From NCBI GenBank assembly GCA_963798085.1, contig CAWCRS010000012.1:32986-96985 (forward strand): a stretch of 64,000 bases of DNA. Reading direction: 5' to 3'. This DNA comes from an uncultured Gemmatimonadales bacterium. Lineage in GTDB: Bacteria; Gemmatimonadota; Gemmatimonadetes; Longimicrobiales; RSA9. The position numbers and the translations under genes were made by a program. Below are positions 47,947 through 57,569 of the stretch, in pieces. The first letter of the stretch is position 1. The number at the start of each line of letters is the position of its first letter. The notes beneath the pieces were generated by a model, which was not told the DNA's origin, did not search any database, and saw nothing but the letters and a program-made list of their open reading frames with translations.

Positions 47947-48600
47947 TCACGGCGGTGGAAGAACAATGGAAGAGACGACAGCGAAGCGGGTGAGGTTGTT
48001 GGGGTGGTCTTCGATGTCGTACGCGAGGATGGCGAGGCCGTGCCGGGCGGCCGCGGCGCGGCTGGCAATGGCGGCCAGGGCGGGGTCGCCGCTCTGGGCT
48101 ACGATGCGGGCGGCACCGGCGGTGTCGTGGACCTCGACGGCTTCGACGTTGTCGAGTCCGGACAGCAGGGCGTGGCATTGCCGCAGGGCCACGGGGTGCG
48201 AGAGGACGCGGCGCACACCGTCGAGGGGTGCGCCCGGCAGGGCCAGCAGGCACTGGTGGATGCCGCGCACCAGCTCCCGTATCACACGCAGGCCGCGCGC
48301 CTCTAACACGGCGTTCAGATTGGTGATGGGTCCGGCAATGGAGTTCTCAATGGGCAGCACGCCGTAGTCGGCGTGGCCCCGCATCACGGCCTCGGCCACG
48401 GCGTCGAAGTCGGGCTGTGGCAGCGTGATGGCGCCGGCGCAGAACACCAGCGCGGCCTCTTCGCTGAACGCGCCAGGCTCGCCCTGATAGGCAATGCGCG
48501 GTCTCGTTTCCGAGCGGTGCGCGGCGCCGGGTACACTGCCCGGTGTGTGCGCGCGCGCCGGCTTGCGTTCGCTGGCCCACGCCTCACGGATCTGTCTCAC
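47947..48600 (-). CDS. pheA: Prephenate dehydratase, catalytic domain only (no ACT domain)
   Basis: IAYQGEPGAFSEEAA, GVLPIENSIAG, SHPVALRQC, IED..NNLTRF. GTGA overlap with the chorismate mutase stop. Confidence 0.88.
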   Translation of the reverse strand: MRQIREAWASERKPARAHTPGSVPGAAHRSETRPRIAYQGEPGAFSEEAALVFCAGAITLPQPDFDAVAEAVMRGHADYGVLPIENSIAGPITNLNAVLEARGLRVIRELVRGIHQCLLALPGAPLDGVRRVLSHPVALRQCHALLSGLDNVEAVEVHDTAGAARIVAQSGDPALAAIASRAAAARHGLAILAYDIEDHPNNLTRFAVVSSIVLPPP

Positions 48601-48926
48601 GACTCCTCCATCTGGGCGCGGCGGCACAGCCCGATCAATTGCCAGAAAATGTCGCGAACGATTTCGGCATCAATCCCGTGCGCACTCGCCTGGTTCGCGG
48701 CGCGACGTACGACGGCGGCTTCCTGTGCCGGATCGAGTGCGGGCAGCGCCGCACTGCGTTTGCTCTGGCCGACCGCGCGCGCCAGGCGCCTGCGCTCGGC
48801 AATCAGCGCGATGAACTGCGCATCGATGGCCTCGATTGCGGCGCGCAGGTCGTGCAGCCCGGGGCCGGCAGCGGCGGTGCTGATGACGCCCGCCGCCCGA
48901 TCGCCGGAAAGGGAGTCGCCGCTCAT
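48597..48926 (-). CDS. Chorismate mutase (AroQ, type II)
   Basis: LHDLRAAIEAIDAQFIALIAERRRLARAVGQSK...DPAQE. ATGA overlap with aroF. Confidence 0.88.
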   Translation of the reverse strand: MSGDSLSGDRAAGVISTAAAGPGLHDLRAAIEAIDAQFIALIAERRRLARAVGQSKRSAALPALDPAQEAAVVRRAANQASAHGIDAEIVRDIFWQLIGLCRRAQMEES

Positions 48927-49988
48927 GCGGCAGCCTCTTTCTGCAGCGCACGCACAGGTCGGGCCACGGTGCGTCCGATCGCGTGGGCGACGGCTTCCAC
49001 GCCGCCCATCATGTGCGCGAAGGCGCGCGCGTCGAGCGATTGCTCACCATCGGAAAGTGCGGCTGCGGGCCGCGGGTGCACTTCCACGATCAGGCCATCC
49101 CCGCCCGCGGCGATCGCGGCCAGGGCGAGCGACGGAACCAGCTCGGCGCGACCGGCCGCGTGACTGGGATCGACGATCACGGGCAAATGGCTTTCCCTGC
49201 GCAGCACGGCAATGGCGCCGACATTCGAGCGTATTGCGCGTCGCGCTCTCGAATGTGCGAATGCCGCGCTCGCACAGGATGACCTGCGTGTTGCCGCGCA
49301 CGAGGATGTACTCCGCCGCGAGCAACAGCTCTTTCACCGTCGCGGCCATGCCGCGCTTCAGCAGGATGGGCCGGCGGATGCGGCCCAGCTCGGAGAGCAG
49401 TGCGAAGTTCTGCATGTTGCGCGCACCCACCTGCAGCATATCCGCGTGCGCGGCCACGCGCTCGATCTGGCGCGCGTCCATGACCTCCGTGACCACGGGC
49501 ATGCGTGTCTCGGCGCGCACCCGCGCCAGCATGGCCAGCGCGCTTTCACCCAGACCCTGGAACGACCAGGGCGAACTGCGTGGCTTGAATGCACCGCCTC
49601 GCAGCAGCGTGGCGCCCGCCGCCTGCACGGCTCTGGCCGTGTCGCGCAGCATGTCCAGACCTTCCACCGAGCACGGACCGGCAATGACGACGACGGCTGA
49701 CGCGCCGAAGACCGTACCCGCATCGTCGCCTGCTCTGACGAGGGTCTGCCGCGTATTGAATCTGCGCGACGCGAGCATGCAGTCCGCGTCGGGCAGCGTG
49801 CTCTGCACGGCGGGCGGCGCGGCGCGACCGGCCCACGGCAGGGCCGCAGCGTCGTCCGCATCCGGGCAGGCAACAACGGTGTTAGAGCCATTCCCGGCGA
49901 TGCGCGTGCGCAGGCCCATCGCCTCGAGCCGCTCGCGCGCATCATCGATCTCGTCCGCAGTGGCATCACTTCGCATCACGATCAGCAT
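48923..49988 (-). CDS. aroF: DAHP synthase, type I-beta with N-terminal regulatory domain, one indel at about 49224
   Basis: IAGPCSVE, LRGGAFKPRSSP, QVGARNMQNF, ILCERGIRTFE..TRNTL. After a frame switch it continues HLPVIVDPSHAAG...DGLIVEVHP..ALSDGEQSL. Confidence 0.92.
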
Positions 49989-50042
49989 GACGTTGTTCCG
50001 CGCGCCACGGCAGCCGTCGCGCGCCCTCCAGCAGGGGGCAAC

Positions 50043-50070
50043 AAAAAAAGCCCGTGGTTTTCCACGGGCT
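50043..50070 (-). terminator. Attenuator terminator hairpin of the aroF leader
   Basis: The minus strand reads AGCCCGTGG-AAAA-CCACGGGCT followed by a U-tract (A7 at 50043-50049 on +), about 55 nt before the aroF ATG. Confidence 0.9.
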
Positions 50071-50096
50071 CGGTTCGGGCTTGTCTGTACGCTCGG

Positions 50097-50180
50097 TCAG
50101 CGCGACACAACGCCTCCACCACGGCCCGTGACACGGGTCGCGTAAAAGTAGTAATAGAAAAAGGCGCGTGCGCTTTGCAT
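50097..50180 (-). CDS. Phe/Tyr-rich leader peptide MQSARAFFYYYFYATRVTGRGGGVVSR
   Basis: ATG at 50180-50178, TGA at 50099-50097. Codons 7-13 are TTT TTC TAT TAC TAC TTT TAC. Below the ORF-track size cut-off. Confidence 0.88.
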   Translation of the reverse strand: MQSARAFFYYYFYATRVTGRGGGVVSR

Positions 50181-50276
50181 GATGCTGTTATGGATGACGC
50201 CGCGTGGCGCAATTGTCAAGCCAGGCACCCTCGCTCCCGCATGCGCGTGCGTACCCCGGCCGCGCAGGGGTCGACG

Positions 50277-50714
50277 TCATTCCGCCGCCCTGGCGGCCGG
50301 ACGACCGCGACGTTTCGCCAGCCAGCCGTCGATGCTGAACGCGCCCGGTCCCGCGACGAAGTAGAAGAGGAACACCCACGCGTAGATGGCCACGACCTCG
50401 CCGCGGTTGACCCAGGGCCAGAAGCCGCGCGGCGCGTGCATCCAGAAGTAGGTGACGGCCATCTCGCCGGACACAATGAAGGCGGCGGGTCGCGTGAACA
50501 GACCGAGCATGAGCAGCGCGCCGCCGCACAGCTCGATGATGCCCGCGGCGCCGAACCGCGTGTGCAGATCCGCCGTGCCGTGATTTGCGCCGAAACCGCC
50601 GAACCATCCGAGGATCTTCTGCGCACCATGCGAAAAATACAGGAATGCCACCACAATGCGCGTGAGTCCCTGAACGATGCGCAGTTCCGCTGTGCTTCTG
50701 GCGCTCAACTTCAC
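50277..50714 (-). CDS. DoxX-family membrane protein
   Basis: RIVVAFLYFSHGAQKILGWFGG, IELCGG.LLMLGLFTR.AAF.VSGEMAVTYF, GPGAFSID. Confidence 0.93.
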   Translation of the reverse strand: MKLSARSTAELRIVQGLTRIVVAFLYFSHGAQKILGWFGGFGANHGTADLHTRFGAAGIIELCGGALLMLGLFTRPAAFIVSGEMAVTYFWMHAPRGFWPWVNRGEVVAIYAWVFLFYFVAGPGAFSIDGWLAKRRGRPAARAAE

Positions 50715-50757
50715 CTCCGTACCGAATGAGCGTCGTAACAGTCATCGCGCGCGACGG

Positions 50758-52104
50758 TCACGGCGAGACGTACACGGTACCGCCCTTCATGACGAACTTC
50801 ACGTGGCGCAGCGCCGTGATGTCACGGGTGGGATCGCCTTCGAACGCGGCCAGGTCCGCGAGCATGCCCGCCTTCACCTGACCCACGCGATCGGCGAGGT
50901 GGAAGGCGCGCGCATTCGTCAATGTCGCGGCAATCATGGCGGCGGGCGCACTCATGCCGTAGTCGACCAGCAGCTCCAGTTCGCGCTCGTTGGTGCCGTG
51001 CGTGAACACACCCACATCGCCGCCCACCAGGATCTCGACACCGGAATCGAGCGCGGCCTTGACGCTCTCGCGCTTGCGCTTGATGCGCTCGGGCTCGGGA
51101 TCGCCGCGATGCCAGCCGCTGTACTGCAGAATGGCATCACCGGCGGCGACGGTCGGGCAGAAGAAGATGCCTTTCTGCTTCATCAGCGCGAACACCTCGG
51201 CATCGCCGTTGTCGCCATGCTCAATGGTTTCGACGCCCGCCATGGCAGCGCGCCGCATGCCCTCCTTGGTTGCGGCGTGCGCGACAACGCCGCGGCCGGA
51301 ACTGCGCGCCACCTGCACGACGAGCGACAGCTCTTCCTCGGTGAACGTGGGCATGGCCTGGCCATTCGGGCCCCAGCGGTAATCCGCGTACACCTTGACC
51401 TGGTCCACGCCATTGCCGATCTGGCGGCGCACGGTCTTCACCAGCGCATCCACGCCATCGGCTTCGTCCGCGCCCAGCGGAATGTGCGCATCGGGAATGA
51501 AGCCGGACGGTCCGTAGCTGCCCGTTGCGACAATGGCGGGACCGGCGACGAGCATGCGTGGTCCCGGGATCACGCCCTTCTCGACGGCCGCGCGCAGACC
51601 CACATCGGCGTAGCCGGCGCCCTCGGTGCCCAGATCACGCGTCGTCGTAAAACCCGCCATTAGCGTGTTCTTCAGGTGCACGGTGGCGCGCGCCACACGC
51701 TCGCCGATCGACTCGTGCAGCACCTGGTCATTCCACGACACTTCGTTGTACGGGTGGAGCAGCATGTGCGAGTGCGCTTCGATGAGTCCGGGCGTCAGCG
51801 TGGTGCCGCGCAGTGCAATCGTCTTCGCACCGGCCGGCGCATGCACCTCCGACGCAGGACCGACGGCGGCGATGCGCGTGCCCGTGACCAGCACGACCCA
51901 GCCATCGTGCGGCTGTGCGTTCACGCCATCGAATACGCGGTCCGGCTGCAGCAGAAACGATTCCTCGTTCTGAGGCGCACCGCGGCCACGCTGTGCTTCC
52001 ACGTTCACGGTTGCCAGCAGTGTGAGCGTTGCCGCCAGGGCCAGGCTCGCGCGGCAGACTCGCCCGCGCGGCACCCGGCGAGGCTGCTGCCTCGGGTTCC
52101 GCAT
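50758..52104 (-). CDS. Metal-dependent amidohydrolase (Xaa-Pro dipeptidase-like), exported
   Basis: [50 protein letters not shown]. Start uncertain. Confidence 0.9.
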   Translation of the reverse strand: MRNPRQQPRRVPRGRVCRASLALAATLTLLATVNVEAQRGRGAPQNEESFLLQPDRVFDGVNAQPHDGWVVLVTGTRIAAVGPASEVHAPAGAKTIALRGTTLTPGLIEAHSHMLLHPYNEVSWNDQVLHESIGERVARATVHLKNTLMAGFTTTRDLGTEGAGYADVGLRAAVEKGVIPGPRMLVAGPAIVATGSYGPSGFIPDAHIPLGADEADGVDALVKTVRRQIGNGVDQVKVYADYRWGPNGQAMPTFTEEELSLVVQVARSSGRGVVAHAATKEGMRRAAMAGVETIEHGDNGDAEVFALMKQKGIFFCPTVAAGDAILQYSGWHRGDPEPERIKRKRESVKAALDSGVEILVGGDVGVFTHGTNERELELLVDYGMSAPAAMIAATLTNARAFHLADRVGQVKAGMLADLAAFEGDPTRDITALRHVKFVMKGGTVYVSP

Positions 52105-52491
52105 AGTGCGCTCCGGTGAAGACACTGGATTGTAAACACAATGCGACAACTTCCGTGTCATCCGCTGCGCCGTCAATGGCGCCGACTGTCGTGCGGGTCC
52201 AGTGCGCGGCGCAGCGGCGCACCTGCGGTCTGATTCCGGTCTGTCCGGACCCCATCATGCGCGAAACGTTCGCGCCCGATGGCCGCTGGCGGGGCACGGT
52301 CGGGGCGCCCGCGCGCCTCGCCGTGTTCGAGGCGGCAGCGGCTGCGTGAGCGGCGTCCGGCATGATGACACCGCGCCGGGCGCGTGCGCATTCACCGCCC
52401 GCGGGATGCTGCACGATGATGCGTTCGACCCGTCGCGGCGCTCAAGTCCTGACGCCGTGCAGCGCGGGCGGCAAGCGCCTCACGCAGCAGT

Positions 52492-54039
52492 CTAACCCGA
52501 AGTTTGCAGCGGACCGATGCGACGTTTACGGAATATGCGACGCAGCTGCTTCACGTGCGCGCCGCGATTCAGGTTCAGGTCCGCGTCGATGATGGCGCGG
52601 GCGCCGCGCGCGAATGTGGTGAAGCCGTCCTGCTGGAAGTGGCTCTCGATGATGATGGCATCGGCAATGTTCCGGCCCAGCGCCCGGCGTATGTCCCACA
52701 GCGTCGCCGACCAGATGCGGCCGTTGTCGTGCTCATCGCCGCGCGGCTTGAAGTCATTGAAGGTGAGGGGCTCGTCCAGGCGGCGCTCGCAGGGCGGGTC
52801 CGCGCCCTGGTCCAGCCCGTCCAGCAGGCCGTCCCAGCTCATCACGCTGTTGCGATAGTGCTCGGGCTTCTTCTCGGCAAAGAAGCTGCCCGCGAAGTAG
52901 TCGCCGAAGCCCTCGCCCATGGCCGCCGATTCCTTCGACTGGCCGAAGTCCGGACAGATGGCATCCTGTATGGCATGGCCGAACTCGTGCAGGATGGTCT
53001 CGCCGTCCTCGGCGTCGTCAATGGCACCCGTGCCGTACGTGATCATGTGCTCGTACGGGCTGTACCAGGAGTTGTCCTCGCGCGTGCCATTGACGTCCAC
53101 CTTCATGGGTGCCCGGAAGATGCGACGGCGGCCGCGATAACCCAGCCGCTCGAGGTAGCGCATGGCGCTGTCAATGTGGTAGTACGCCATGACTTCCTCG
53201 AAACCGCGGTCCTTCGAGTCGAGCTGGAACACGAGGTTAGCGCGACGCACGCGCTGCTTCGGCGGCGTGGGCTTCGTGGTCACGTTCTCGCCTTCGAGCC
53301 GGCCGTTGCCGGAGAGGCCGCGCAGCACGACCGTGCGGTAGGTTTCGGGTGGTGGCTGCCGCACGCGGCCGCCGGGCGTCACCAGCGTCTCGAAGCCGCC
53401 CAGTGCAATTACGGGGCTGGGATCGAACACGCGGCCGCGGCCGTTCACGGCGGACAGGTTGTCGTATTTCTGGATGATGCCGCCGGTGCGCGCGTTCACG
53501 TAGACGATCCACTCCTGCGCGGGTGCCGGGCGGCGGCGCGCAATGCGCACGCGCCACACCGGAACCAGATGCGTGCGCTGCGGAAACCACAGGCGCTCCC
53601 GCCGCTGCACTTTGCCGCGTCCGCCTCGCCGGGCGCGCGGCAGCGCGCGCAGCGCACGGTGCTGAGCATCGTCGCCTGAAATCCGGAAGTCAGTCTTTGC
53701 GGGAAGCAGTGGCGCGGGCAGTGCGCGGTTCTTGGCGAAGTAGACGCGGCCCGCGTTGTCCATGTGTACGGTGACGTAGGCACGGTGCACAGGCAGTCCG
53801 AGATGTTGCTGCTGGAATATGAGGTGGTGTGCGCCCAGGCTCTCGATCGGGCGAGGCGGGCCGAGGCCGGCGAGGCCGGGCTCGAGCGCGAACAACTCGC
53901 TGTTGGCGAGCAGGAACGCGTGCGCGACATCGAGCGGGGCGCGGGGACTGCCACGCGTGCGGAAATCCCAGATTTCCTTGGGTGTACCGTACCACTCCCC
54001 TGGTTCCTGGCGGAACTCGCCTCGGCGCAGGGCATGCAT
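52492..54039 (-). CDS. M36/M4-like zinc metalloprotease with FTP/PepSY-like propeptide
   Basis: HEFGH, MGEGFGDYFA, EHDNGRIWS, WIVYVNARTG (PepSY-like). GGAGG RBS. No hydrophobic signal peptide. Confidence 0.85.
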   Translation of the reverse strand: MHALRRGEFRQEPGEWYGTPKEIWDFRTRGSPRAPLDVAHAFLLANSELFALEPGLAGLGPPRPIESLGAHHLIFQQQHLGLPVHRAYVTVHMDNAGRVYFAKNRALPAPLLPAKTDFRISGDDAQHRALRALPRARRGGRGKVQRRERLWFPQRTHLVPVWRVRIARRRPAPAQEWIVYVNARTGGIIQKYDNLSAVNGRGRVFDPSPVIALGGFETLVTPGGRVRQPPPETYRTVVLRGLSGNGRLEGENVTTKPTPPKQRVRRANLVFQLDSKDRGFEEVMAYYHIDSAMRYLERLGYRGRRRIFRAPMKVDVNGTREDNSWYSPYEHMITYGTGAIDDAEDGETILHEFGHAIQDAICPDFGQSKESAAMGEGFGDYFAGSFFAEKKPEHYRNSVMSWDGLLDGLDQGADPPCERRLDEPLTFNDFKPRGDEHDNGRIWSATLWDIRRALGRNIADAIIIESHFQQDGFTTFARGARAIIDADLNLNRGAHVKQLRRIFRKRRIGPLQTSG

Positions 54040-54272
54040 GTTCGCCTCCGACGGTCGTGAGCCAGTTGCAAGCTACGTCTCGCCTGCGGCCGGCGCACCG
54101 TGCGCCACAGGGGAACGCCGCTGCCTGGCGCGAGTACATGGAAGGGCGCAACCCTGCGTGCCGGCGGAAACAACCGCGGCCGAAACGAATCGCACGCGGC
54201 CCCGGCGGCGCGCCGGTTTCGTGCCATGCAAGGCGGGTGATTGCGACGGCCTGATCGCAGAAACAATGGCGC

Positions 54273-55229
54273 ATGGAAACCATCCGCATTCCCAACGAAG
54301 TCACCTACTCGCCGATCTCGCTCACCGACATCGCCATGGCCGCGCCCATCCTGTCGCAGCTGGTGCTGGGCGCCACCCTGCCGGGCGCGGCACTGCAGGC
54401 CGCGGCGCTGACGGTCTATGCGGGCAGCGCCATCCAGGACTGGGTCGAGCGCTGGGGCGTGCGCCGCATCGAGTTCCTCACCGAGTTCGGCGCCGACCTG
54501 AAGCATCTCGAGGAAATGCCGGTAGTGATACGCGAAGCCGAGATGCAGGTGCTTGCCGATCGCCTGAATGCGGGCTACACCACGCAGCGCATCGAACTGC
54601 ATGAGCTGGCGAAGCGCGTGGACCGTTATCTCACGGCTTATATCGCGAGCATCACCGGGCAGCGCGTGGAGACCAGCACGGAAGTGCGCACGTTCTCCAT
54701 GGCCGGGATGATCTTTCCTTTCGCGCTGGGCGCGGCGGACATTCTTTCAGGCGACGTCTCGATCTTCCGTGATACCGGCGTTTTTCAGCCGCACATCGTG
54801 GCCCACGAGTTCGCGCACCGCAAAGGCTACTGGCGCGAGCTGGACGCTCAGGCGCTGGCCTACCTCGCGCTTACGTCGTCAGGCGAGCCCGCACTCGTGC
54901 AGTCCGCACTCTGCGAACGGCTGAACCGTGACCTGCGCGCGCTCACCGGCGATGACGATGTCGCGTACGAGCAGCGCGTGCGCGCGTTGAGCCTGCGCGC
55001 CGAGCTGGAGCCCGAGTTCCTCGAGCTGCGCGCCGACCCCGGCGAGCTGGGCCGCCCCATCTCCGACGCCATGCGCACCGTCTACGACATGCGCATGAAG
55101 CTTACCGGTCAGAACGGCATCTCCGACTACGACGTGGGCTTCACCAACTTCCTCTACACCTTCGAGACCAGCACCACCTCCCGGCAGCGGCCTCCACAGG
55201 GCAGTACTCTTCGCCGCGGAGAGCGCTGA
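54273..55229 (+). CDS. DUF3810-like zincin metallopeptidase
   Basis: AHEFAHRKGYWRELDAQALAYLA resembles the DUF3810 HExxH..G..RE.EA motif. Confidence 0.65.
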   Translation: METIRIPNEVTYSPISLTDIAMAAPILSQLVLGATLPGAALQAAALTVYAGSAIQDWVERWGVRRIEFLTEFGADLKHLEEMPVVIREAEMQVLADRLNAGYTTQRIELHELAKRVDRYLTAYIASITGQRVETSTEVRTFSMAGMIFPFALGAADILSGDVSIFRDTGVFQPHIVAHEFAHRKGYWRELDAQALAYLALTSSGEPALVQSALCERLNRDLRALTGDDDVAYEQRVRALSLRAELEPEFLELRADPGELGRPISDAMRTVYDMRMKLTGQNGISDYDVGFTNFLYTFETSTTSRQRPPQGSTLRRGER

Positions 55230-55243
55230 GGGCGCGGAGAATC

Positions 55244-55459
55244 GCGCTGAGAACAGCATTTGTTTTTTCAACGGACAACAGATTGGTGAGTGCTGCTCCG
55301 GGGTGAATCCTCGGCGATGGCGGCGCATGGGGCGCTGCCAACAGCCGTTTTTTTCAACGGACCAGAGACGCGTAGATCCGGGCTCTGCGGAAATCCCCGC
55401 CCAACGCCGCGAAGGGCGCTGCAACGGTTGTTGCTTTTCAAAGGATAACAGGTGCGTAG
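55244..55459 (+). repeat. Three regularly spaced degenerate direct repeats (about 45 bp) with unrelated spacers
   Basis: GCGCTG..AAC..T-rich..TTCAAMGGA..A.AG..G.G.AG at 55244, 55332 and 55416 (periods 88, 84). Confidence 0.65.
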
Positions 55460-55765
55460 TTCCAGTGCCCCCCGATTCCCCTGCAATGGCGCTCGGAGCG
55501 TGCTGGAGAGTAATTCGGGCGGACGGCTGTTCCCGTGTACGTACCTGCTGCGCGCCCTCCGCGAGCCTCATGAAGTACAGCTGCCGTCCTTCTCGCCGTC
55601 CGCGAACGCTGTGGAGATACAAGCGTCGTCCTCCGCGCCATCCTGGTTGTTACTGAATCTGCCATGCAATATCCTTCGGGAGACTTTGTTTGGCGGTAGG
55701 GAGAGGCGGATCCGCCTCGGCGCGCCCTGGCCTCCGCGCTTTCCGCGGTGAACGACGGGAGAGGA

Positions 55766-56900
55766 ATGAAGAGGACGCTGGGGAGGAAGGCGGCGCGTGC
55801 GGCGCAGCTGGCGCTGATGCGCAGCATGCGTGTGACGCGGCGGCTCGTGCGGCCGCGGCGCAAGGAGCCGGGCGCGGCGCCGGGCACGCTGGTACACACC
55901 GGGCCCCGGCGGGTCGACAAGACGGTGATGCACCTGCTGCGCTATAGTCCTCAGACTTTCGAGGAAAGCAATGTCATCTCGCCGGACGAGTGCTTCCCTT
56001 CGCGTGGCGATGGCACGGTAACCTGGCTCAATGTCGATGGCCTGCACGACACCGAGCGGCTGGCGGACCTGGGGCGTCTCGCGGGGCTGCACCCGCTCGT
56101 GCTCGAGGATATCGTGAGCATTGGCCAGAGGCCCAAGCAGGAGGCCTACGACGGCCAGCACTACCTCGTGCTGCGCATGCTCAACTTCGACCGCGAAAAG
56201 CGGCTGATCGAGGAAGAACAGATCAGCATCATCGTGGGCCGCGATTATGTGATCTCGTTCCAGGAAGCGCCAGGCAATGTGTGGGACCCGATTCGCGATC
56301 GGCTGCGCACCGGCAAGGGCCAGGCGAGACAGCGCGGCGCGGATTACCTGGCTTACGCGCTGATGGACGCGATCGTCGACGAGTACTTCGCGGTCGTGGA
56401 AACCGTTGGCGATGAGCTGGAGCGGCTCGAGGCGGAGGTCATGGAAGCGCCGCTGCGCTCGACCATCGCGCACATCCATCACCTCAAGGGTGAGCTGCTG
56501 ATCCTGCGCAAGGCGGTCTGGCCGCTGCGCGATGTGTTCAATTCGCTGATCCGGGACGAGAGCGAACTGTTCGCGGACGCCACCAAGTTCTTCCTGCGCG
56601 ACGCCTACGATCACGCGGTGCAGGTGATCGACACCGTCGAAACCATGCGCGATGTCACGGCCGGCCTCATCGACCTCTACCTCTCCAGCGTCAGCAACAA
56701 GAATGAACGAGATCATGAAGGTGCTGACGCTGATCGCCACACTGTTCATTCCGCTGACGTTCCTGGTGGGCGTGTACGGCATGAACTTCCACTACATGCC
56801 GGAACTGCAGATGCGGTGGGCCTACCCCACGCTGTGGGCGATCATGCTCGCGATCGCTCTGTTCATGATCATCTGGTTCAAGCGGAAATCCTGGCTCTGA
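55766..56900 (+). CDS. corA: Magnesium/cobalt transporter CorA, one indel at about 56702
   Basis: WLNVDGLHD, LHPLVLEDI...QRPK.E. After removing one A it reads SNKMNEIMKVLT..FIPLTFLVGVYGMNF..MPEL (GMN motif). Confidence 0.93.
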
Positions 56901-57099
56901 TGGGTCGGCCGCGATGAAGGATCGGAAAGCGCCGGCGCCGCCGCGCAAGGGCCGTCAATCCAGGTCGCAGCCGCCCGCGAAGCAGCCTGTCCCCCCACCT
57001 CGCCCGGCGCCGCGCACGCGACCGTCTTCGCCCGCACCGCCAGGCCGCCGCGGCCACTAACGCGGGGTTACCCCCGGGCAGCAGCTCGGCGAGCCGGCG

Positions 57100-57400
57100 A
57101 GGCGGCGGCGGGAGATCGGCCTGCGTCTGGCGCTCGGCGTCACACCCATCGGCGTGTTTCGCCTCGTCCTGGGACAGACCCTGCGACGCGCCGCTGCGGG
57201 CATTGCACTGGGCGTCGCCGGTGCGCTGCTGGGCGGTCGGGCACTTGCCGGCCTGCTGTTCGGCGTGACGCCGAACAGCCCGTTGCTCCTGACCGCCGTG
57301 GCGGTGCTGCTCATCATCACCAGCAGCGCGGCCTGCCTGTTCCCGGCGTGGCGCGCCGCGCGCTTCGATCCGGGCGCGGCACTGTCGGAGAGTAGCGTCC
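57100..57400 (+). pseudogene. Orphan C-terminal FtsX fragment of an ABC permease
   Basis: RRREIGLRLALG...FPAWRAARFDPGAAL. In-frame TAA at 57058-57060 upstream with no start codon before the motif, and no normal stop after it. Confidence 0.65.
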
Positions 57401-57569
57401 GACAACACCGCTCCGGCAGTAGCGCTTTCTTTCTGCACTCGGCCAACACGGCCGACTGTAGAGGCATGAATCAGACGGGGCCACGCATTGAGCGCAGCCC
57501 CGTCTTTGCCTTGGTTCTATCGGCTGTAGTGGCGATCCCGGCGATCGCCGGGCGGTGGTCGCTTGTGTC

